Assembly (NCBI GenBank): GCA_004554705.1
Contig: SFKS01000001.1
Location: forward strand, 8,186-72,185
DNA: 64,000 nucleotides
Origin: Clostridiales bacterium
Lineage (GTDB): Bacteria > Bacillota > Clostridia > TANB77 > CAG-508
Direction: 5' to 3'
Made by a program: the position numbers and the translations under genes. The notes below the pieces were generated by a model. That model worked only from the letters and a program-made list of their open reading frames with translations, had not been told where the DNA came from and searched no databases. Each line of letters opens with the position of its first letter. Positions within the stretch are counted from its first letter, which is position 1. This document shows positions 7,548 through 16,870 of the stretch, piece by piece.

Positions 7548-8543
7548 GTGTTATTTATGATTGATCGTAAAGAAAATCCTGAATTTCTTAATTCTTTTTT
7601 AGATTATACAATTACTATACTTAATAAATCTCCCAATACTATTAAAGAATATAATTATGATATATCAAACTTTTTAAAATATATAAAAAAAGAATTTAAA
7701 TTATCTGAAGAAAAAAATATAAAGAATATTAAAATAGATGATATGGATATTTCTGTACTTAAAAAAATTACTCTTCAAGATATTCATGGATATATTTCAT
7801 ATATGGCAAGAGAGTTTAAGAGTACTCCTGCTACACGTGCAAGAAAAATATCTTCTCTTAGAGTGTTTTTTAAGTATCTTACTAGTAAAGCAAAATTACT
7901 TGAAGTAAATCCTGCACAAGATTTAGAAACGCCCAAACTTGGTCGTAGAATGCCAAAATATTTGTCTCTCGAAGAAAGCAAAAAGCTTCTAGAGGTAACT
8001 CAAAGCCAAGACAATAGAAACAATATAAGAGATTATGCAATTATAACTTTATTTTTGAATTGTGGTATGCGTTTATCTGAATTAGTTAATATTAATATAA
8101 GTGATATAGATTTATCAGAAAGTAAGATGACAGTTATAGGTAAAGGTAATAAGGAACGTACTATTTACTTAAATAAAGCATGTATGAATTCTATTAATGA
8201 TTATTTATCTATTAGACCCCATGATAAGGTTAAATTTGATTCTCGTGATGCACTATTTTTAAGTGAGCGTAAAGAAAGGATTAGTAATAGAACTGTACAG
8301 GATATTGTAAAAAAAGAGCTAAAAAAAGCTGAATTAGATATAAAAAAGTATTCTGTTCATAAATTAAGACATACTGCTGCTACACTCATGTATCAATATG
8401 GTAATGTTGATATCAGAGCTTTGCAAGAGCTTCTTGGACATGAAAGTATTTCTACTACTGAAATATATACGCATGTAAATAATGAAATAGTAAGAAATGC
8501 TGTTGAGAATAACCCTCTTGCAACGGAAAATAGGAAAATTTAA
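7548..8543 (+). CDS. Tyrosine site-specific recombinase (phage-integrase/XerC-like); the likely start is ATG at 7557
   Basis: The C-terminal catalytic region is HKLRHTAATLMYQYGNVDIRALQELLGHESISTTEIYTHV (R...HxxR...Y). The RBS GAGGTG is 6 nt before ATG at 7557. Confidence 0.85.
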   Translation: MLFMIDRKENPEFLNSFLDYTITILNKSPNTIKEYNYDISNFLKYIKKEFKLSEEKNIKNIKIDDMDISVLKKITLQDIHGYISYMAREFKSTPATRARKISSLRVFFKYLTSKAKLLEVNPAQDLETPKLGRRMPKYLSLEESKKLLEVTQSQDNRNNIRDYAIITLFLNCGMRLSELVNINISDIDLSESKMTVIGKGNKERTIYLNKACMNSINDYLSIRPHDKVKFDSRDALFLSERKERISNRTVQDIVKKELKKAELDIKKYSVHKLRHTAATLMYQYGNVDIRALQELLGHESISTTEIYTHVNNEIVRNAVENNPLATENRKI

Positions 8544-8571
8544 GAGACAGTGAGATATATCTCTCTGTCTC
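8544..8571. terminator. Inverted repeat GAGACAGTGAGATAT/ATCTCTCTGTCTC between the convergent integrase and SH3b genes
   Basis: The hairpin has a 13-nt stem. The minus strand carries a U-rich tract, so it likely terminates the SH3b gene. Confidence 0.5.
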
Positions 8572-8579
8572 TTGCCAAC

Positions 8580-8915
8580 TCAATCACCATCACCAAACGA
8601 AAGTCCCTTTACGGAGACCCATCCATATTGGGTCTCCACCCAATACGGATGGGGGCCGTCCATATACTCATACCTCCTTCCGGTAAGATACACTGTATCT
8701 CCAAAATACAGTTCATCTATGATTTCCGAGTTTAACCCCGGGCTTGCACGGACGTTTAACCGCTCATAAGAGACGGTTGCACTTTTCCCTACAGATTCGG
8801 GGTTATACTTTTCCCCGAATTGGGAAAAAAGGAGGATTGTGCTTCCGATGACAGCTACAACTGTCAAACAAAAGCTGAAAAATTTCCTTTTGTTTGTTAT
8901 TCTGTACTTTTTCAT
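8580..8915 (-). CDS. Membrane-anchored bacterial SH3 (SH3b/SH3_3) domain protein, GC-anomalous
   Basis: The ORF has an N-terminal TM/signal segment and an SH3b-like core (SYERLNVRASPGLNSEIIDELYFGDTVYL...GWVSVKGL). It is about 45% GC against about 27% for its neighbours. The RBS is GGAGAAAG. Confidence 0.7.
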   Translation of the reverse strand: MKKYRITNKRKFFSFCLTVVAVIGSTILLFSQFGEKYNPESVGKSATVSYERLNVRASPGLNSEIIDELYFGDTVYLTGRRYEYMDGPHPYWVETQYGWVSVKGLSFGDGD

Positions 8916-9091
8916 ATAGTTTCTTTCTCCAACTTAGCGTTAGGTAGTTGGCACCTTGCGGGTCAGACCTATTATACTCTGCCCTAGTAACTATTTACTT
9001 ACTTATATTATACTATTATTTATGTCAAAATGCAAATTTAAAGGAAATAATCTCTTTTATTAAAAGAAGGTTATTTCCTTTTGCAGTAGCC

Positions 9092-9388
9092 TTAGATTAT
9101 TGGAATCATTAATTCTTGGTCAATATGCAAATTGCTTGATTCTAAATTGTTTGTATTTTTAATATCAAAAACTATATATCTAATATCTTTGTTTTTATAA
9201 TAATCATTGCTTGTTTGTAAATCACTTGCAATACTCCATAAAGTATCACCTTTTGAAACTCTTATAGTTGTATATTCAGTTTCTTTATGTGAAAAAGTGC
9301 TTTTTGCACATATAGTGGATAATGCAAAAACCATCAATAGAATACAACATATACTTTTTATAAATTTCTCAAAATTAACTATTTTCAT
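9092..9388 (-). CDS. LysM-domain membrane protein, YneA-like putative SOS cell-division inhibitor (start taken at the internal ATG at 9388)
   Basis: Signal/TM segment FIKSICCILLMVFALSTICA followed by a LysM domain (YTTIRVSKGDTLWSIASDL). The RBS GGAGG is 7 nt before ATG at 9388. The upstream TTG-initiated extension in the ORF track overlaps the promoter -35 element. Confidence 0.7.
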   Translation of the reverse strand: MKIVNFEKFIKSICCILLMVFALSTICAKSTFSHKETEYTTIRVSKGDTLWSIASDLQTSNDYYKNKDIRYIVFDIKNTNNLESSNLHIDQELMIPII

Positions 9389-9402
9389 ACATTTACCTCC
9401 TG

Positions 9403-9457
9403 CGAACAATATTTCGCTCGCTAAGTATATTATAAACGCTTGTTCGTAATTTGTCAA
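9403..9457 (-). promoter_or_regulatory. Consensus sigma-A promoter (TTGACA-17-TATAAT) with two LexA (Cheo) boxes
   Basis: On the minus strand, TTGACA is at 9457-9452 and TATAAT at 9434-9429. Box 2, CGAACAAGCGTTTA (9446-9433), overlaps the spacer and -10. Box 1, CGAAATATTGTTCG (9416-9403), sits between the TSS and the RBS. Both match GAAC-N4-GTTC closely. Confidence 0.7.
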
Positions 9458-9522
9458 TAGTTTTTTTGAAAAAATTTAGTTTTTTTAGAAAATGTTGTTA
9501 TACACGGAAAAATCCTGGTATA

Positions 9523-9550
9523 CAATAAAAAAGACAACGCTTGGTTGTCT
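9523..9550 (-). terminator. Rho-independent terminator of xerD (AGACAAC-gcttg-GTTGTCT + U-run)
   Basis: The hairpin lies 13 nt downstream of the xerD stop, followed on the minus strand by TTTTTTATT. Confidence 0.7.
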
Positions 9551-9562
9551 CTACATAAAATT

Positions 9563-10444
9563 CTATGCTCTTGGATGAGCTTTTTTATATATATTTTTTA
9601 AACTATCATCTTGAAATTGCATATATACTTGTGTTGAAGATATGTCTGAATGTCCTAGCATACTTTGAATTGATTTTAAATCTGCACCATTTTGCAATAA
9701 ATGAGTTGCAAAAGAATGTCTTAATACATGTGGTGTTATTTCTTTTGATATATGGGCTTGTTCTTTATAGTATTTTATTATTTTCCAAAAGCCTTGTCTG
9801 GTTAGCCTTTTTCCATTTACATTTACAAATAATGCTTGTTCATTATCATCTTTTATCATATTAAGTCTAGCTGTTTCCATATATTCTTGTAAAGCATGTA
9901 GTGACATTTTGCCTAAAGGGATTATTCTTTGCTTATTTTCTGTCTTACAGGTTACTGAAGAATTTGTTAAGTCTATATCGCTAATATTTAAAGATATAAT
10001 TTCAGTAACTCTCATACCTGTTGCATATGCAATTTCTAACATTGCTTTGTCCCTGATGCTTTTTAGATCTTCTCCTTTAGGTTGGTCTAATAGTAATGAT
10101 ACCTCTTGAGAAGATAAAACACTAGGTGCTTTTTTTTCTATTTTAGGAGATTGAATACCTTTTGTAGGATCTTCTTTAACTATTTTGCTTTTTGCTAAGT
10201 ATTGATAGAACAGCCTAATTGACGCTAGGTGTCTTGAAATTGTAGAAGATTTTTTGTTTATTTTATGTAGATACTCTAAATAGTTTATTATATCTTCATT
10301 TTTTACGTTAACATAGTTAATATTATTTTCTATTATATATTCTTTATATTGTAAAATATCTCTTTGATATGATTCTAATGTGTTCTTTGATAGCTTTTTA
10401 TCTACTTTTATAAATTCTAAAAATTTTTTTATATCTTTATCCAT
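9563..10444 (-). CDS. xerD: Tyrosine recombinase XerD-type (chromosome dimer resolution)
   Basis: The C-terminus HVLRHSFATHLLQNGADLKSIQSMLGHSDISSTQVYMQ closely matches the XerD/RipX signature. The N-terminal core-binding domain has ...QRDILQY... . Confidence 0.8.
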   Translation of the reverse strand: MDKDIKKFLEFIKVDKKLSKNTLESYQRDILQYKEYIIENNINYVNVKNEDIINYLEYLHKINKKSSTISRHLASIRLFYQYLAKSKIVKEDPTKGIQSPKIEKKAPSVLSSQEVSLLLDQPKGEDLKSIRDKAMLEIAYATGMRVTEIISLNISDIDLTNSSVTCKTENKQRIIPLGKMSLHALQEYMETARLNMIKDDNEQALFVNVNGKRLTRQGFWKIIKYYKEQAHISKEITPHVLRHSFATHLLQNGADLKSIQSMLGHSDISSTQVYMQFQDDSLKNIYKKAHPRA

Positions 10445-10528
10445 TTTTTGATCCCCTTCGTAAACATAATTTCATGGTATAGTTATATCAAATAAACATA
10501 AAAATGTAAATAGATTTTTAAAATATTC

Positions 10529-11932
10529 TTAAAAATTTTTTTCTCCTTTTAAATACCATTTATGCTCTGAGGCTATTTTTACTTCTATCACTTGTCCTAC
10601 AAGGCTTTTAGAGCCTTCAAAATTTACTATTTTGTTTGTAGTTGTTCTTCCTGTTAGCATTTTATCATTATTCTTGCTTGTGCCTTCTACTAATATTTTT
10701 TGAATTGTTCCGATATATTTTTTATTATTTAATTCAACTTGCTTTTCAAATAATTCTTTTAATCTATCAAATCTCTTGTGCTTAATTTCCTCTGGTATCT
10801 GACTTTCCATTTTATCTGCTGGGGTTCCCTTTCTTCTTGAATATATGAACATAAATATTTGCTCAAAATTAACTTTTTTAACAACATCTAGAGTGTCTTG
10901 AAAATCCTTCTCGGTTTCTTCTGGGAAGCCTACTATTATGTCTGTTGAAAATACTGCTTCTGGTATTTCTGTTTTTATTTTGCTAACTAATTCTAAATAT
11001 TGTTCTTTGGTATATTTCCTATTCATTTTTCTTAATACTTCTGTACTTCCAGACTGTAAAGGTAAATGAATCAGTCTTGATACCTTTTTACATTCTTTTA
11101 TTGCTTGTATTACATCTTCTGTAAAATCTTTTGGATGTGGAGATATAAATTTAATAACCTCGATTCCTTGAATTTTATTTACTGCTCGTAATAAGTCTGC
11201 AAATGAAGTTATGTTGTCACTTCTATTTTCTTTTTTCTCTGTTCTCATATATGAATTTACATTTTGACCAAGCAATGTTACTTCTTTATACCCTTCTTTT
11301 GATAATTGTTCTATTTCAGCTATTATGTCTTCTGGATTTCTGCTTCTTTCTCTTCCTCTTACGTATGGAACAATGCAGTATGAGCAGAAATTATTACAGC
11401 CATACATGATTGTAACAGAAGCAGATTTATTACTATTTCTTTTTATTGGTAATCCTTCATATATTTCTCCATCTATATCTAAAATATCTTTTATTTTATT
11501 CTTTTCAGATATAACTTTATATAAATCTTCTGGAAACTTATGTAAAGTATGTGTTCCAAATATGATGTCGATATATGGATAGCTTTCTTTCAATTTGTCC
11601 TGCATATGTTTTTCCTGCATCATACATCCGCATACTGCAATTATACTATTATTTTTTTGCTTTATCTTTTTAAGTTCACCAACTTTACCAAATAGTTTTT
11701 CTTCTGCATTTTCTCTAACACAGCAAGTGTTTAGAATATAAATATCTGATACAGTTCCATTTTTTGCAGGTTTATAGCCCATTTCTTCTAGCATTCCTGC
11801 AAGCTTTTCAGAATCATTTTCATTTAATTGGCATCCCATTGTTAGTATATTATAATATTTTTTTTCATTTTTCATCATTTCTTTTACTTTTCTAATATAT
11901 TGTATTTGTTCTTCTATTACTTCTTTATTCAA
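10529..11932 (-). CDS. miaB: tRNA-2-methylthio-N6-dimethylallyladenosine synthase MiaB (radical SAM methylthiotransferase)
   Basis: An MTTase N-terminal domain (ILTMGCQLNENDSE), the radical-SAM CxxxCxxC motif (CNNFCSYC) and a C-terminal TRAM domain are all present. Confidence 0.9.
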   Translation of the reverse strand: MNKEVIEEQIQYIRKVKEMMKNEKKYYNILTMGCQLNENDSEKLAGMLEEMGYKPAKNGTVSDIYILNTCCVRENAEEKLFGKVGELKKIKQKNNSIIAVCGCMMQEKHMQDKLKESYPYIDIIFGTHTLHKFPEDLYKVISEKNKIKDILDIDGEIYEGLPIKRNSNKSASVTIMYGCNNFCSYCIVPYVRGRERSRNPEDIIAEIEQLSKEGYKEVTLLGQNVNSYMRTEKKENRSDNITSFADLLRAVNKIQGIEVIKFISPHPKDFTEDVIQAIKECKKVSRLIHLPLQSGSTEVLRKMNRKYTKEQYLELVSKIKTEIPEAVFSTDIIVGFPEETEKDFQDTLDVVKKVNFEQIFMFIYSRRKGTPADKMESQIPEEIKHKRFDRLKELFEKQVELNNKKYIGTIQKILVEGTSKNNDKMLTGRTTTNKIVNFEGSKSLVGQVIEVKIASEHKWYLKGEKNF

Positions 11933-12005
11933 TTTCTTATCCTCCTAAAGTAAAACACTATTAGTTATTATAACATATTTATATCTAGTTTTACAATAAA
12001 AAGAA

Positions 12006-12794
12006 TTACAGAGTTTTTAAAATTTCAATTATGCTTTTATATTTCAAAAAAAATAATTGTTTGTCTGTATAAATAATAGAATTTTGTAAATCTTTTATTA
12101 GCATATATGTTTTGTTTACTTTGAATTCTTTGTTTTTGATATATTCAGCATCATTAAAAAGAGTTAAAAATGAAGTTTCAGCTTCTAAAAGCTTTGCTAA
12201 ACTTGTATTCCAATCTCCTTGTGTAACTAATGAATATGCAACCAGCACATTGTATTTTGTGTTTTCTAAGTTATATCTATATTTTTCCGGAGAGGCTGTA
12301 TTTAAAAATTGTGGTATATATGAATATAAACTGGTTAAATTATTTAATGATGATATTTTATCTTCATTTTTTATACTTAGTATTGCTTTATCTAAAAAAT
12401 CTCCAAATGAGTTTATAGTATCATTGGGAATATTTGCTTTATACAATTCTAACATTAATACACTCCAAGAAGAATTCATTAATTCAATTTCGCTTTTAAT
12501 AAAATCCCAATCTATATTTTCAGTATCATTCTTTAGTGTACTATTTCTTTCCATATTTGTTATTGCTATTTGTTTTTCACCATTTGATTGACTATTATCT
12601 TCACTTTGAGTTTGATCTCCCCCTTCTTTCTGATTTTGTTGAGATAGGCTTGAAGTAGATTTACCTTCTGAACTACTAGTTCCACTTGTTTCTTGGGGCT
12701 TTTTTATTTCTTCAGATATAATTGTATAATTATCTAAAGATATGTTATTTAACTTATTAAGCAAGTCAATAATTTCTGAACTAAAATACTCCAC
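12006..12794 (-). CDS. Hypothetical protein, probably a lipoprotein whose signal peptide is split off by a frameshift (see 12841-12894)
   Basis: This is an ORF call only. Upstream, in another frame, is TTG-LKKVLIILISLFFLV followed by a stop. In the main frame GCSNNSKK... continues into MEYFSSE. Confidence 0.5.
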   Translation of the reverse strand: MEYFSSEIIDLLNKLNNISLDNYTIISEEIKKPQETSGTSSSEGKSTSSLSQQNQKEGGDQTQSEDNSQSNGEKQIAITNMERNSTLKNDTENIDWDFIKSEIELMNSSWSVLMLELYKANIPNDTINSFGDFLDKAILSIKNEDKISSLNNLTSLYSYIPQFLNTASPEKYRYNLENTKYNVLVAYSLVTQGDWNTSLAKLLEAETSFLTLFNDAEYIKNKEFKVNKTYMLIKDLQNSIIYTDKQLFFLKYKSIIEILKTL

Positions 12795-12994
12795 TTCCGC
12801 AGTAACTTTTTCTGTGTTCAGGTTTTTTTTTGAATTGTTGCTACATCCGAACTAGAAAGAATAAAGAAATTAAAATTATTAAAACTTTTTTCAATATATA
12901 TCACCTTATATTATTATCTCAAAAAATTACCTTTTTATTCTATGCATAAGTTAATATGCTTTACAAATAATATTTAGATGAAAGGATTTTTATT

Positions 12995-13276
12995 ATGGGA
13001 ATTACTATTAAATTATATAGCACAAAGGCAAGAGAAATAAGTAAGTTTTTAAACCGTTTTTTTGAAAAGAACATACAATTGAGCAATGATTTAATATGGG
13101 AGCACTATTTCGAAAATCCTATTGAAAGTGTTGATTTAATTGGGGTTTTTATTGATAATAATGAGTCTTATAATATTAATATGTGGATTAGTTTAGATGA
13201 AGGTTTTTTTATAAATGTAACAGATTTTAATGCAGATAAAATAATAAGGTACCTTTTTGAAAGGTACCCAAATTAA
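12995..13276 (+). CDS. Hypothetical small protein (93 aa)
   Basis: ORF only; no recognisable motif. Confidence 0.4.
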   Translation: MGITIKLYSTKAREISKFLNRFFEKNIQLSNDLIWEHYFENPIESVDLIGVFIDNNESYNINMWISLDEGFFINVTDFNADKIIRYLFERYPN

Positions 13277-13283
13277 ATATTAC

Positions 13284-13766
13284 TTATTCTTTTTTATTTT
13301 CGTTGTCGTCTTTTATTTCTTCTTTTAAATCTTCTTTTACAGATTCTGCTTCTTTTTCTTTTCCTGGAGCCACTTCTCCATTTTCTAGTTTTTCTAATGC
13401 TTCTTCCTTAGCTGTTTCTTCCTGTGTTTGTTTTTCTCCACATTTTGGACAGAATGCTGCTCCTTTTTCTATTTCTGCACCACATTTACTACATAATCTT
13501 TTTTGATTTAGTTTCAATATTTCTAATCTTGCTTCCTCTATTTCTTGAGATAATTCATCTATTTTTGAGCATTCTTCTTCTAGGTCTACCTTTATATCTA
13601 TGTTTTCTTCTCTTATGTGCTTTTCATATACTTTTTTTCCTATTTCTTCATATATGTCTGTAATTTTCCCTTTATTTTCGTTAATTTTTATTTTTAATTT
13701 TGTTTCTTTTGCTATTTTGCCTGTTGTTTCACTTGTTTTTCTACCTAAATCACTAAAAAATCCCAT
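13284..13766 (-). CDS. Zinc-ribbon domain protein (CxxC...CxxC) with acidic/Lys-rich tails
   Basis: CSKCGAEIEKGAAFCPKCG motif; the rest is helical with charged residues. Confidence 0.55.
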   Translation of the reverse strand: MGFFSDLGRKTSETTGKIAKETKLKIKINENKGKITDIYEEIGKKVYEKHIREENIDIKVDLEEECSKIDELSQEIEEARLEILKLNQKRLCSKCGAEIEKGAAFCPKCGEKQTQEETAKEEALEKLENGEVAPGKEKEAESVKEDLKEEIKDDNENKKE

Positions 13767-13831
13767 ATTAATTCCTTCTTTCTAAAATTTATATTATTAT
13801 TATATTCTATCCAAAGTAATTTGTAAATATT

Positions 13832-14818
13832 CTAATCTTCAAATTTTGGATTTCTTGTCATTAAATCTGATATAGCCTTTTGTGCTTCTAATTTTTCAAA
13901 TAATACTTTATATACTGCATTTACAATTGGCATTTCAACATCATATTTTTGAGAAAGTTTATATGCAGTTCTTATGTTATCAATACTTTCAATTGTCATG
14001 CCTATTTCTTGTTTTGCCTCTTCTATCGTTTTTCCTTGACCTATTAATATTCCTGCACGCCTATTTCTACTATGGTTGCTCATGCAGGTTACTATTAAAT
14101 CTCCAAGCCCAGTTAAGCCATATATTGTTTTTGGCTCTCCTCCCATTTTTATACTTAGTTTTGCCATTTCTGAAAGTCCTCTTGTAAGTAATGCTGCAAA
14201 TGTATTGTCTCCTAATTGTTGTCCTGTAATTATACCTGCACAAAAAGCTATTATGTTTTTTAATGCCCCTCCAAGTTCTGCTCCTTTTAAATCATATGAT
14301 GTATAGATTCTAAGAGCTTCATTCATAAATGTGGTTTGAACATCTTTCAATAGTTGGTCATCTTTGGAAGCAATAACTAGTGCTGTTGGTATTTCAAGTG
14401 ATACCTCTTCAGCATGGCTAGGCCCAGAGAGTCCTCCTATTGCACAATTTGGTAATTCTTCTTCAACAACTTCATTTAAAGTATATAATGTTGATTCTTC
14501 AAAACCTTTTGAGCATATTATTATTTGCTGATTTGTAACATATTGTTTGAACTTTTGAATGGTTTCTCTTACAAATTTTGAAGGTGTTACAATAAGTAAC
14601 ATCTCTGTTCCTTCAATTGCTGTTTTGAAATCTGTTGTGCAAATTATATTATCTGGTATTGTTGCTAAAGGTAAAAACTTACATTTTTTTTCGTGGTTTA
14701 TTATGTCGGCTTCTTCTTTAGAATATGACCACATTTTTACATTGTTTCCTAAATGGGCTAAATGTATTCCAAGAGCTGTTCCCCAACTACCACTTCCTAT
14801 TATTGATATATTCTTCAT
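13832..14818 (-). CDS. gpsA: NAD(P)H-dependent glycerol-3-phosphate dehydrogenase
   Basis: N-terminal Rossmann motif IIGSGSWGTALG and GpsA-family sequence throughout. Confidence 0.92.
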   Translation of the reverse strand: MKNISIIGSGSWGTALGIHLAHLGNNVKMWSYSKEEADIINHEKKCKFLPLATIPDNIICTTDFKTAIEGTEMLLIVTPSKFVRETIQKFKQYVTNQQIIICSKGFEESTLYTLNEVVEEELPNCAIGGLSGPSHAEEVSLEIPTALVIASKDDQLLKDVQTTFMNEALRIYTSYDLKGAELGGALKNIIAFCAGIITGQQLGDNTFAALLTRGLSEMAKLSIKMGGEPKTIYGLTGLGDLIVTCMSNHSRNRRAGILIGQGKTIEEAKQEIGMTIESIDNIRTAYKLSQKYDVEMPIVNAVYKVLFEKLEAQKAISDLMTRNPKFED

Positions 14819-14829
14819 TTCTCCTCCTT

Positions 14830-15444
14830 TTATTTTTTAAAAGACAGTTTATTTTCTGTACCATTTTTTAATCTAACAATATTTGTTCTATGGTTGAATA
14901 TTACTAATCCGGATATTAATATACTTATAATTTTTGCACCTAGGTCATCTACCATAAATATTGTTAATATAGGAAATAATACTGCAGCTAAAATAGAGCC
15001 TAAAGACACCCATCTTGTTGCTACCATAATAGTTAATGCAAATACTAAGCAAATTAATCCTATTTGTGGGTTAACCATTAATAGTACACCTAAAGCAGTT
15101 GCAACACCTTTTCCTCCTTTAAATCCATAGTATATTGGTAAGGTATGACCTACTATTGCCATTAAACCTGCTAAGTATTTTAGAATTTCCAAATCTGTAT
15201 TCTTCCAAATTTTTGATGCTAATATTGCTAACAGAACAGAAATAACTCCTTTTAATATATCACAAATTAATGTTAAAATTGCAGCCTTTTTTCCTACTGT
15301 TCTTAAAACATTTGTTGTTCCTGCATTTTTACTTCCTTTTTCTCTTACATCAAATCCTGCAATTTTTTTGCTGAAAATTATTGCAAAATTGACGCTCCCT
15401 ATTAGATATGCTATTAATCCTACTAATATGTATACTGCTGACAT
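14830..15444 (-). CDS. plsY: Glycerol-3-phosphate acyltransferase PlsY
   Basis: Motifs GSVNFAI and GSKNAGTTNVLR; polytopic membrane protein. Confidence 0.9.
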   Translation of the reverse strand: MSAVYILVGLIAYLIGSVNFAIIFSKKIAGFDVREKGSKNAGTTNVLRTVGKKAAILTLICDILKGVISVLLAILASKIWKNTDLEILKYLAGLMAIVGHTLPIYYGFKGGKGVATALGVLLMVNPQIGLICLVFALTIMVATRWVSLGSILAAVLFPILTIFMVDDLGAKIISILISGLVIFNHRTNIVRLKNGTENKLSFKK

Positions 15445-15541
15445 AAGTATTCCCCCTTGTGTTTTTAATTTCGGGCGAGTATTGCTCGCTCTTACACTTT
15501 TAAACAGATTGATTTACACTATCTGTACTATTAATTTTTAA

Positions 15542-16870
15542 TTATATTTCTTTTTCTCTTTTTTCTCTTGAAATTATTCTAATTGGTGTACCTTCTAAAT
15601 CAAAGTTGCTTCTTATTTGATTTACCAAATATCTTTCATAAGAAAAGTGAAATAATTCTTTGTTATTTACAAATATTATAAATGTAGGTGGTTTGGTTTG
15701 AGCTTGTGTTGCATATAGAATTTTTAATCTCTTACCTTTATCTGATGGTGGTTGAACGGTTGCTATTGCTTCATTTATTACTTGGTTTAATGTTGCAGTT
15801 GATATTCTCATTGCATTATTATTAGCTACTTTTTTTATTAAATTAAATAATTTATCTACTCTTTGTCCTGTTTTTGCTGATATAAATATTATTGGTGCAT
15901 AGCTCAAGTAACTTAATTTATTATATACCTCTTTTTTATATTTTTCTAGTGTTCCTGTTTCCTTGGCATATTCATCCCATTTGTTTACTACTAATATAAT
16001 AGCTTTACCTGCTTCATGTGCTTCACCTGCTATTTTTGCATCTTGCTCAGTTACTCCTTCTGTTGCATCTATTAAAACTAAACATACATCTGCTCTTTCT
16101 ACAGCTAATATTGATCGCATTACACTGTATTTCTCTATGTTTTCGTTTACTTTACTTTTTCTCCTTATTCCAGCGGTATCTATGAAATTATATTTTCCTG
16201 TGTCATTTTCAAAGTAAGAATCAATTGCGTCTCTTGTAGTACCTGCAACATTACTTACAATTACTCTGTTTTCTCCCAATATTTTATTTACCAATGAAGA
16301 TTTTCCTACGTTTGGCTTTCCTATTATTGCCACATTTATAATTTCAGCGTTCTGTTCATTTTCTTCTTGTTCTGGAAAATGCTCATATATTGCATCCAAA
16401 ACGTCACCTATTCCTAAAGCATTTGTTGAAGATACTGGATATGGGTCTCCTATTCCCAAATTATAGAATTCATATAGTTCTGGAACTGCTTCACCAAAGT
16501 TATCAGCTTTATTACAAACTAGTACTATTGGTTTTTTGGATTTTCTTAGCATTGTCGCAATTTCCTGGTCAGAAGCGGTAACACCTTGCTTTATGTCTGT
16601 TATGAAAATAATGACGTCTGCAAGATTTATTGCAATGTTAGCTTGTTCACGCATGCCTATGTGGATTTCGTCCTCTAATTCTGGTTCTATTCCCCCTGTA
16701 TCGATTAGGGTAAAGCTTCTTCCTCTCCAATTACTATCAGCATATATTCTATCACGTGTAACTCCTGGTGTGTCTTCTACTATTGATAGTCTTTGTCCTA
16801 CTATGTAATTAAAAAAAGTAGATTTTCCTACATTTGGTTTTCCAATGATTGCCACCATAGGTTTTGCCAT
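15542..16870 (-). CDS. der: Ribosome biogenesis GTPase Der (EngA), tandem GTPase domains + KH-like domain
   Basis: Two P-loops, GKPNVGKST and GKPNVGKSS, plus DTAG/NKxD motifs. Confidence 0.92.
   Translation of the reverse strand: MAKPMVAIIGKPNVGKSTFFNYIVGQRLSIVEDTPGVTRDRIYADSNWRGRSFTLIDTGGIEPELEDEIHIGMREQANIAINLADVIIFITDIKQGVTASDQEIATMLRKSKKPIVLVCNKADNFGEAVPELYEFYNLGIGDPYPVSSTNALGIGDVLDAIYEHFPEQEENEQNAEIINVAIIGKPNVGKSSLVNKILGENRVIVSNVAGTTRDAIDSYFENDTGKYNFIDTAGIRRKSKVNENIEKYSVMRSILAVERADVCLVLIDATEGVTEQDAKIAGEAHEAGKAIILVVNKWDEYAKETGTLEKYKKEVYNKLSYLSYAPIIFISAKTGQRVDKLFNLIKKVANNNAMRISTATLNQVINEAIATVQPPSDKGKRLKILYATQAQTKPPTFIIFVNNKELFHFSYERYLVNQIRSNFDLEGTPIRIISREKREKEI

Noticed and set aside
9389-9457. 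Longer TTG-initiated form of the LysM gene
   Set aside because: The TTG is the first three bases of a perfect TTGACA -35 hexamer. The internal ATG at 9388 has a good RBS.
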